NCBI GenBank assembly: GCA_048013815.1
Contig: CM106586.1
Span: forward strand, 6,634,001 to 6,698,000
From: Setoptus koraiensis
Taxonomy: Eukaryota; Animalia; Arthropoda
Direction: 5' to 3'
DNA length: 64,000 bases
The notes under the pieces are model-generated. The model was not told the origin of the DNA. It ran no database searches and worked only from the letters and a program-made list of their open reading frames with translations. How positions within the stretch are numbered: position 1 is the stretch's first letter; each line of letters opens with the position of its first letter. Below, piece by piece: positions 45,308 through 56,500 of this stretch. A program made the position numbers and the translations under genes.

Positions 45308-47034
45308 TGGGTCTCCAAGTATCACATGTTTCTGATATCCAAGTTCAATTCTATAAACGTCAGTAGCCTGTCTCGGATATTTAGCAGCTATTGAATACGC
45401 AATAAGCTAGGTGTTTCTATATCATCTTGGCTCATCGTGGGAAATTATATATTTGAGAAGGTTTAACTGAACATCGGGCGTCCAGGGTTCACAAACCTTA
45501 TATCTATTTCCTTAAAGTAGCACCACTATGAACTTCATTTGTTTTGGATAAATCTAAGTACTATGAAAATTCTTTCTAGGCTACAGGAATATGAAGGCGA
45601 TGTCAATATTTGATCCGGATACTCTGGGATTGCCAACATCAGGACGGTCGGGATATTGGCATCTCTTCTGCACCAGAGCAGACATTGCAAATTGTCAGTT
45701 GTTTCGATGTATTTGTTTACACATTGCAACATGTGACTTAAATGACTCTCAAAGTTCTCTGTTTCAGTCAGTTCACATGTCTCAATCTGACATTTTTCTA
45801 AGCTGTTGTCGATTGTAATTCACGAACGATCAATTGTTAGCTGGCTACAAAATGACTGATCGGTACAATGGCACCAGATAGTCACCACTAAGGAATAAAC
45901 TGAGTTAGATTGAGTAAATTGAGTAACGTCATCAAAGATATGAATAAACAAGAAGCCCGCTTAGTCTGAATGACGACATCAACTCGTAGTAGTTACATGT
46001 GTTTACGGTGGAAAGCCCTATTGCAGAGAGGTTATAAAGCAGTCATATTTATGACACTATATGATAATGAATAGTTCTTTGTTATAATCAGTAGAATTAT
46101 TATTTTGTTTCATCATTCCAATGTTTTATTTGATTTTGTTGCTGGGAGATTAAACACTGACTCATTAGCACTGCCGGTGTCATTATTAATAGCAGAATTT
46201 GAGATACACTAATTAATCCAGTGATTTGCTGAGGTTTTCATCAAGCGGTGGCGGCTGAGCAACAACTATCATGTTGTCAAATGTGCGATCATCCCGGTCT
46301 CTCACAGAGGAGGTCTCAATCAACCTTTCAAATGTCATGATTAACTACATGATACACCGATAGAAAACTGTAATACAATAACAGAAACCCCTCTCTATAT
46401 GACAATCTCCTTACAAGTTGTCAAAAGATAAGATCATCTATCTTGATAGATATTATTCACAGCCTGACAATTAGTGGCTAGGTCGCCCTAAATTAGACCA
46501 TTAGTAATGAATATTAGCTAAACTATTGAAGTGAACAGTCACTTGAGCTTCACAAGTATCTGACACAAGTATCTTCCTTTGGACAGAGCGAAAACTTGCA
46601 AACTACAAACAATTTGTGATTTCTAATCAGAAATTGTTTATTCCAAAAACACTGAATACTGATGAACGTCTCATAAGTGCAGTCTGTATAAATATCCCTG
46701 ACACATTATTCAATTGAAATCTAAATTTATAGCATAACCAGCTAGACCTAACTAACTAGTCTGCAGAAACTCGCCTATCTCTCAGCACAATCTATCGTCA
46801 AATCTGTTCATTAATTCATTCATCGTTAAATTGCCAGTTCGGTGTTAGTGCGAGTTGGCGCCGTCAATTACTATTAAAACTTTTCAGACACTTCCATTGC
46901 ATCAATCAGTCAGTCAAGTCAAAGCTAATCAACTTCGAGACATTGAGAGATATTTCTTAGAATTCAACACGTTATATTCTTCGACCAACAATATCAACGA
47001 TAATATATAATATATAATTTAAATAACCGCAACA

Positions 47035-50000
47035 ATGGCCAGTCATTTGTATCATCGAACCAACAATTTATTCGTTTGTTCACGTAATATTGTCAAAGGA
47101 AACAATTCACTATCGTCAATTGTCGCCTCAAATGGATCGAGCGCGCAATTGAGCAGTATAGTGGCCACGAAACGTTACTTGCAATTCTCTTCCAACAAAA
47201 ACTATAATCAGACATCCCCTCAGACAATTCTACACGAAGAACAACAGCCTCATCATGTTACTGTTCATCAAGACAACCATAGAGATATATTATGTGATTG
47301 CGACCATAAATTGCCGATTGCTGTAAACAGTAAGAGATTGAATAAGTATATACAAAACAGCAAGCCGATATTTGATTTGAAACATCACCAATCAGCAAAA
47401 CAGCAGCAGCAACAACAACAACAACAACAACAGTTTGATTTAGAGCAAGAGAATTTCAAGCGCGATTTGCTAGATTTGACATTTAATGACACACAAAATG
47501 CCTTCAAAAGCAAGACAATGTCTGAATTAATGAGAAGTTTGTAAGTAATTAATGTTGGTAATTGTCTTCATATTGTCTTGTGACAATAGTTGTCATTTAT
47601 GTAATGTTGTTAGTAGCACGACACGACTTTGCGCACTTTGTACCGATTTTGCACCCAAATTGGTACCTGTCTCGCACTGGATAATTTATTATTACACACA
47701 TTGATTAATTAAAACCTCTGATGATGCTGTGCTGTTAATTTGGAGTGCTCATGTTACCTATCGAGATTCAGATTGAGACAATTGATAAGATATGACGATC
47801 ACAATGACTAATGACAACAATTATGATATACCGACAAATGTATACATTGTTAATAGACGGTGTATCATGCCATTGTAACCATTTTCAGTGCTTGATATGG
47901 GCACCAGTGGGCGCTCGATCTGACTTATCTACGCCTAGGCGTGTTGATTGCAGCCAGCTTTCACTACTAATATCGACTATCTGGCCTAGGGGTCGCTTCA
48001 GTTTATCTTGATAAGTGATAGGATCGACACGATACAATTGTATCATATCAATCGACAACATGTGCCACACGATTGACATTTGTTGACATTGACAGGAGCC
48101 TGATGTTTGGCTGTTATCGCTGTCAACCGATCGATCACAATAGCGAATCAAGTCAAGTGTTTCCCATGTCACATTGTCAATTGTCTAACAATGGTTGTCA
48201 AGTTGACAGTGTTTGTGGTGGCGGGCGAGTTTGTCGACACCACCGCCGACAACCCCCGCTGCTGGCTCGATCGCTCCACCAGAAACTTGCGGCCCCAAAA
48301 CTTGTAACCCAAAACTTGTAGCCAATACTCATTTGCATATTCTGTTGTCATTTTGTTGTCGTTCTGCTGTCATTCTGCTGTCATTCCGTGCTAACTGGGC
48401 CGGCGCGAAACAGTTTCGTTTTAGGTTTGTGCACCAGCGATTTTCTGGTGAAAAACAATGAACAACTGATGAAATTGAGCAAAAAACTGCTGGGCAGGCG
48501 CCTGTTCAACAATGTGATGCGCGCCACCTTCTTCGGACAATTTGTGGCCGGCGAAGACGAGCACTCCATCAAGCCCATCATAGATCACCTGTCGTCGTTT
48601 GGCGTAAAATCAATATTGGATTACAGCGCCGAAGAGGACATAAACGAGGAAGAGATTGTTTTGGACGCCATTAGCGATTGCAACACAAACACAAGCGAAC
48701 AATTGGCGCTTCGCAACGTTGTCGGCCTGAAACAGTATCAACAGTCGACGGATTTTGTCGACAGGCGCAAATATGGGCCCGTGGCGCGAACTTATTTTTA
48801 TCACGGCGAAACACAGTGCGAAAAGAACCTGGAATCGTTCTTCAAGTCAATAGACGCCGTTGCCAACAGCACCAAACAGACGGGCCTGGCCGCGGTCAAG
48901 CTGACCGCTCTGGGTCGGCCCCGTCTGCTGATGAAATTGTCTAAAATAGTTGAATGTGTCAACCAGCATCAGCTGACCAGCTTGAGACGACAGGACGAGC
49001 CAATGAGGCCCCACGACGGTGGCTCGTCAATGGTGGAGACGGTGCTGAACCAGTTCGAATCGCTCAATCAAAACAAGATAAATCCTCTGGCCGAGGACGA
49101 AATAGAGATGTTGCGCAACTTGTTGAGGCGCGTCAATCGGGTGGCCGAGTACGCGCGCGACAACGGGGTCAGATTTATGGTGGACGCCGAACAGACTTAC
49201 ATGCAACAAGCAATTAATTTGATCACCATGCAACTGATGCGACAATACAACCGGCAACAGGCCATAGTGTTCAACACGTATCAGTGTTATTTGCGCAGCG
49301 CCCACGACAGAGTCCGACAAGATCTGCAATTGGCCCGCAGCGAGGGCTTCTATTTTGGGGCCAAACTAGTGCGCGGCGCCTACATGGAACAGGAGCGCGC
49401 CCGTGCGGCCAAACTGGGCTACCCGGACCCCATAAATGCCAGTTATGAGGACACTACGCAAATGTACGAGAAAACGCTGGCCTATCTTATGGGCGAAATC
49501 GTTAAAACGGACAACACTATTGAGGAGCAACGAAAGATTTGCATAATGGTTGCGTCACACAACGAGGACACTGTCAGGTTCACGGTGAACAAAATGAAAC
49601 AATTGAACATTCGGCCCGAGCATCGGGTCATTTGTTTCGGCCAACTGTTTGGCATGTGCGACCACGTGTCGTTCACGCTGGGCCAATCGGGCTACTCCGT
49701 CTACAAGTACCTGCCCTACGGTGAGTTCCCTGCTCCGACTGCCCATTTCCGGTTATTTCCGTTTGAATTGCAATTAGTGCAAATTAATTAATTTGCACTA
49801 ATTGCAATTTAATCAATTGAAATTGGTCTAACTAGTCTCATCTAATCGTCTGATAACTGTGCCGATTGTACCAATTATGCCAATTGTGCCAATTATGCCA
49901 ATTATGCTAATAACTGATCATTCACGCATTCCGATCGCATTGTTTCAACGCGCAGGGCCCGTGGACGAGGTTCTGCCGTATCTGGCGCGACGCGCCACCG

Positions 50001-50122
50001 AAAATCACGGCATCCTGCACAAGGTCGAGCGAGAGCGTTCGCTGCTCCAGAAAGAACTGTTCGAAAGAATGAAACAACTGAAGCTGTTCTACAAGCCCCA
50101 GGGCCAATACAAACCCGTCTGA
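47035..50122 (+). CDS. PRODH: Mitochondrial proline dehydrogenase (sluggish A ortholog), 3 exons
   Basis: Exons 47035-47540, 48414-49720, 49956-50122, phase-consistent. LDLTFND..AFKSKT, TFFGQFVAGE, ILDYSAEE, KLTALGRP, MVDAEQTY, FNTYQCYL, AKLVRGAYM, MVASHNEDT, FGQLFGMCD, KYLPYG|PVDEVLPYLARRATEN. Confidence 0.96.
49859..49912. repeat. 9-bp tandem repeat (atgccaatt)n, 6 copies, in PRODH intron 2
   Basis: gtgccgatt gtaccaatt atgccaatt gtgccaatt atgccaatt atgctaata. Confidence 0.85.
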
Positions 50123-50591
50123 TATTGTCGAAACACTGGGACGAGGCCCGGTTGTGTGAGGCCCAGTGTTCACCTCTAATACCGACAACCAAGCAGAAAG
50201 TTGAGGCCAACGGAATAGCAGCCCCAGGCGAGCTGGCCGGCTGGCGAACCCAAATGAAGTATCAATATATTTGTGTACATTGATCAATTGATGATATATT
50301 AATGATGCAATAGTGGTAACATTGAGATGACATTAATTATAATAATGATGATAATAATAATAGTTGTGTGTATACAAGTGCATTGAAGTCGGTTATTAAT
50401 CAATTGTTAATCGATCCTTAATCAATAACCAATAATGGTTGTTGCAGCAATGTCGCGCTCGTTGTGTAGACCGGTAGTGAGTAGATGCGTCAACAAGGCT
50501 AAAAAGTGTCAGTTGTGGTAATTAATTAGTTGCTGTAATTAGAGTTGGCCCGTCCCGTGTGAGCGGGGCCCCATAAAGTGGGCCCACTGTC

Positions 50592-53500
50592 TCATGTGAA
50601 CGGCTCAACGAAATTTCCGGGAAAAGTGCCTATATCACCTGTCAGACTAGAGGAACCTATGCACCAGCCATCATCACATTCGTGTGTGACAGTTAAAATG
50701 TCGTCAACGATCAGTCGCAATTCGTCCTTTTGTTGCGGCAAATAAGCGTATTTTACGCGACACAATTGCGGATAATTGTTGCTATTGCTATTCTGGCAAG
50801 ATCGCTGCTGTGATTTGCCGGCGCTCGCGCCCGATCGTTGCTGTTCGTGTTGACTAGCCAAATATTTAGTAGACAATCTGCTGCTGTTTGTCTGCTGCTG
50901 CTGGCGGAAGTGACGCTGTTGTTGTTGTTGGTGGTGGTGGTCTTGCTCAATAACAGGCTCGTTGTGGTGCGATCCCGTTGTCAGGTAGGGCGACGACACC
51001 GAGCGCCTGAATCTGTCGCTCGGGTCGTCGTTGACGTGGTGCCGGCCCATGCCGGCCCGTCGGTTGTACTGCGGACTGTTGTCGGTGTCGGCGAAAAAGT
51101 CCCCATTGTCCAGACCGTATTTGTGCGCGCGTTGGCTGTGACGACGCGACCGATAATGTTGTTGTTGTTGTTGCTGCTGTTGTTGCATTCTTAATTGCTG
51201 TTGGTTGCTGCTAGCGAACACCGTTTCGTCGTCGTCGTCGTCGTCGTCCATATCACACCGTGCACCGAACGCCAGGGGGCCCACCCCTCTGGTGGCGCCG
51301 GGCGCGGCATTGTCTGCAGCGGGCGCCAGCGGTTTCAATCGTTTCATCAATTGTCTAATCTGATACAGATCGGAATCGTCGTGATATTCGTTCAGATCGA
51401 CACCAAAATACCTGCTGTTGTTGCTGTTGTCGTGTTCGGCGGTTGTGTTATAACACTGTCGACTGTCGTTGTTGTTGTGTGTCGTTTGTTTGTGTCTTGC
51501 GTCATCGTGATGCAGCTCATCTGTCGTCGTGTGCACTTCGTCTCGTGACGAGGCCGCCGATTTCGAGCGCCGCCTCAGATACACCTGAGATTGATTGAAC
51601 TCATTCAATCTATCAATTAGCTGCTTGTTGTTCAAATGGTGCGCCGATTGATTCATTGACTCATCGTTGTGGCGACTTTTTTTGTTGCCACTTCCGCTTG
51701 TTGTTGTTGCGCCACTGCCGCGGACAATTGTCGAGGTGCAACTGGTGGTTTGTTGCGCTCTCGAGGCCGTCGCCCAAGTTGCTGGCTCCTTTATAATGTC
51801 CAAATGATAGGCGGCCACCAGGCCGATGTTTTGTTTCGAGTTGATGCCCTCGTACCACTGCGAGTCGATGCGTCTGGTCAGCGTGACGGCCTCGTCCTGT
51901 CGACAGTCGAATGATTGAGTTAATTAATTAATTAATCAAGTTTGCAAATTGAATCGCGCTCAATGAGTCACACATTAGATAATTATAATTGCGCAATCAT
52001 GATTATCTCTCTATAATTTATTTATATTGATTATATCTCATCATGGTGCAGCTTACCCGCCTGAGCGACAGCTCGCAACTGGACCGGGCCTCGAGATCGT
52101 GGCTGGCCAGCGCCAGCCCTATGTTGGTGTCCAAGAACGAGCGGGGCACCAGTCCGCGCAGCGACGACTGGCAGTCCTCGACCTGGAGCCAGTCTTGGTC
52201 GTTTATGGGGATGTCGGTGTCGTCGGTGCCTGTTGTCACCAGTTCCACCAGGTCGCCCTTTTTCACTGACAGCTCTTGCGAGTTTTGCGCCCTAAAATCA
52301 AACAGAATGCGCGCGAATATGTTCGACCTGTCCGACTTGAGGTCTGATTGTGATTAACGGTTGTAATTGAATAATTGCAAACAATTAATTAGCATAATTG
52401 GCATGATTGGCATGATTGGCATGATTGGCATGGGATTGGCGCACTTGTGGCGATCATATAAATATAACATGACGTGCAACAACAACTCACCCGGCCGTAT
52501 GGAGGTCTGATTGTAGCGGTTGAGATCCACGAATGGCGACGAGTTCTTCGAGGGGCGCCGGCGCGACGAAACGTCCGATTTTTGTTTTATCCTCAGCTGA
52601 CAGGTTCGGCTGCTGGCCGGCTTGTCGTCGCTGTCCACTAGATGGCCGTGCAACAGGGCCGCGTCCAGTGACATGGCCTGGTATTCCAGACGACGGCGCG
52701 ATTTTGAGTTTGGCGTAGCCGTCGAGCTGCTCGATCCGGTGGATAATGTCAGCAATTTCATGCGACGAATAAACTCTTCATTGTAGAATTTTCTCATTTC
52801 ATTTATGTCGAAACTATTGTCTAATTGTCTACTTGTGGTCGGCTGTTCGGCCGTTTTGCTGTGTCCACTTATCAATCTGCCAGCGGGCGCCATGTAGTGA
52901 ATGTTGATTTCTTCGTCGCTGAATTTGTGCGCCGAATCTAGTATTGAAATCGGTGTTAAAATGCCCATTATTCAAACATGAGGCCGTGATACATCATAAA
53001 TCATTTGTAGCAAATGGCACAAATTAGTGGACAGGCGAAAGAACACAATTGTGAGAGAAAAACGTTAATTGTCGGTTAGTTGATCGACATTGGCTCGTCT
53101 TTTGGAGAGTCTTTTGAGAGTCAAACTGGAAACAATTTTCAAATTATATCGCTTGGCTTACTAATTAAATAACTCAATGAAAACTTAGTGGTGATAGGAT
53201 CAATAACGAGGCGATAATTGATTAGGGTGCTAAAGGAGCGAATCGAGACTGGCTAATCGCGGCTCGAGTTTGCTCAAGTTGTTGGTCTAGTCTGATCTGG
53301 CTGCTATTCTGGTCTGGCTGTCTGGTCTCATCTAATCTGTTGGGGCGCGATCAGCTGATAGTGGCAAGCTAGCGAAACTGGCTAACAATAGTTAGATGAT
53401 AGATCTAGGCTTGAGTTAGATTAGATAGTTGGTGTAATGTTGTTTTGGTTGTTGTTGTTGGTGTTGCCTACCACTTTTGGTGCCACTGTTAGTGTAAAAC

Positions 53501-56500
53501 TGCTGCTGCTGCTGCTGTTGCTGCTCAAACAATGGTTGAATGGCGTTGTGATTTGCATAAATGCTGCGCCTATCGCCCGCCGTCTCTAGGCTTGTCATGT
53601 CGGCAAAATAATAATTAGACGACAACGATGACGCAATATCGTCTAATTCACTAAAATTTACATAAATAGGTGCCGCTGTGGTGCCGTTTGTGTGTGATTG
53701 TTTACCGTTTATAATATTGTTTATATCACTACTTGCGGTTGTGCGGTGATTTATTGATGATGGATTTGATGAATATAGTTGTTGAGCGTATGGGGCACGA
53801 TTCGAATCAACTGGTTGCAGCGATGTCGCATTAATGTTGGCGGCTCGACAAGCAAGAGACTGCCTGTCGTGTTCCTCAAGCAGACTCTGCAGCACGTAAT
53901 CACAATCGGGCGAGCGCAATCGGGGCGACACCGATTGCCCCCTGTACTGTTGTTGTTTCTGATCCTCTATGGTCTTGTAAATCTCTTCAAAGTCCTGATA
54001 GATTTTCTTTTGCCACGAAGCGATGGCCTCGTCCGACAACGGCGACAACAGTTCGGCCCCGTTGTTCGTTGTCGACAATCTGTTGCCGTTGCTGTTGCCG
54101 TTGTTTGTGTACCGGCGGGGCCTCAGTGATTGGCAGTTAGATTTAGGCGAATGGGGCTCGTCGTCGGTAGTGTTCACGTCACCATAAATGTGATGATTGC
54201 TGCCCGCCAAACTGGCCACCCGATTGTTAATGCTACAGGCCGGCTGATAGATGGCCGACCTGGTACCTGGTGTCATACTGGCCAGACTGGTGTTGTTATG
54301 AGTGATTGTGTCTTGACTGGTTGCAAATAATGAATTGTTTTGCTTGCTTGATGCGGCTTGCGACAACAAGCCGCCATTGGCACTCGCAAGATTATACCTA
54401 TTAAATGGGGGCCCGTCTGCGCCGAGGCCATGAGTCGGCTGTTGTCTGAAGCAAGTTGCCGGAAGTGGCGAGCTTCGTTCGAGTTTGTCTCGGTTGTTGT
54501 CGTTACTTGTGTGGTTGCTGCTGTTGCCGTTGCACTTAGCGCTTGTGGCCTGGCGCAATGCTTCCTCCAATAAATAGTGAGCGGGCAACTGCAAACTGCG
54601 AGTTACCGGGCCCACTGTTCACGTTGCGTCATATAACGCGTGTTCATATGTCACGCGAGGTGAGTCAAGCCAGCAGCACACATAAACGAGGCAGCGCATA
54701 ATACGACAGGTACGCATAGAAATAAGGATATTCGGTTGTGGTTGTGATTGTGTTCAGGGTGCGTTGACGAACGTGAGTGTGAAACAAGCGATAGGTCGAA
54801 TAAAAACGAAAAACAAACAAACAGGTTGAGAGGATCAGAAGAGAGACAGCTGATTGTGATACTACTAATTAAGCTAGTAACTAATGAGTGGCAAACCTAA
54901 TAATTGGCAAGTGGTTAATTAACATGCACAAATGATTCAGTTGATAATAATTCAATTTGTGTGCAATGCGCGCGAGTTACTATTTAACGGCTAATGTAAA
55001 ATTAGCATATAAAATATAATAAAAATGGTTATCAACTGGTATAAAATAATGATACAAAATATCCGGATATCACCGGTGATACTCACCGAGGTGGGCGTGC
55101 GGCTGCGGCCCGGGCATCCTCAGGCCCTCGAATGGTATGTCTCGGCCTTGTTGAACGGCCACATAGTCCCTGTGGCTGTCTATCGGACTTCTACGTTTTG
55201 GCTCCGGCGACGAATTGCCAGCGGAATACATGTTGCCACTAGATGATAATTGCTGTTGCTGCTGGTGAGGATCTTTCTTTTTGATTATGTAAGAAGAGTC
55301 AGACTCGTAACCGCTCGCTGTGGATCGATTTGTAAGAGCATTAAACACACACTTCCTGTTGTGCTGGTCATCTTTCAATTGTTGCCTATAGAATTCGCCT
55401 CGGCGCTTAAAATTGACAGATATGGGTGTCTGTGGTCCACTTTGGCTAAACATTGTCATTTGTGTCTGGCCTCGCAATAGATTATTATTGTTAATATCAC
55501 CATTTTCTACTTTGTTTTTATTGCTAATTATCGCCCTGTCCGTCTGATCTTTTGGTTTTCTCATGGCCTATTAAAACGATTGGGTGTCATAAAGAAACAA
55601 ATAAGTGATCAGTCAATTATCGATGCTTTGTCTCAATTTATCGGTCATTGGTTGGTTTAGTTGATCAGTTAGTCTCAATCAAATTGTGATTGCAATCAAT
55701 CGCGATCAATTGCGATCGACCGCGATTAATTGAGATCAAATGCGATCAATTGTGAGTTTGGGAGTGGTGAAAGTAAAGGGGCTCTACCTGTTGATCGACA
55801 AATTGAGCACTGTGAGCTGCGCTGTGAGTAGCATTGAGATTCACATCAGCGTTATCGCTGGGTGAGCTAGGTCTTTCCGGGAAAACTTTGTTAAATATTT
55901 TGTCTATGTGACTAATTAGTTGAGCATAAAGCTGTGAATACATAGCAGTTACAGTTAGGTGGTTACAGAGAGAAAGTTAGGTAGTAGTGTATTGAGTTAG
56001 TCATTCGCTGCCAGTCAAAGTTAGTCAAAGTCGCTCATTTGCTATGCTAGATATCGTCATGTCTAAATATGGCTAGATATCGTTATGTGAATAGTTGGCT
56101 GGATATCGTCATGTCTAGATATGTGGTTGGCGTACTTACCATTTGACGTTCGTGATTCGAGATGCTAGAATTGCCCGGTTCGTAGTCCCAAATGTTCCTT
56201 GGTTGTTGGTTGAATGGCGAGTGCAACCGGTTCAGTTCGTCCTCGGAACTGTAATAAGAGGGGCTGTAGCGATGATCTGCGTCGGGTAACATAGGTGAGG
56301 TATATTAACGTATTAGTAATTCATCAGTTGATAGACCGAAAACTAGAGAAAAAAATATTTTCTAGCTATTTCGTTCATATCCGAGATTAGTGGATGCGAT
56401 TTCCGGTTTGCAGAACATGAGAGCCTCTATGAAGAGAAAGAATTTTTTTTTCCCGAAAAAAAATTTCCAAGAAAAAATTTCCACACCATGGCATCGTCAG

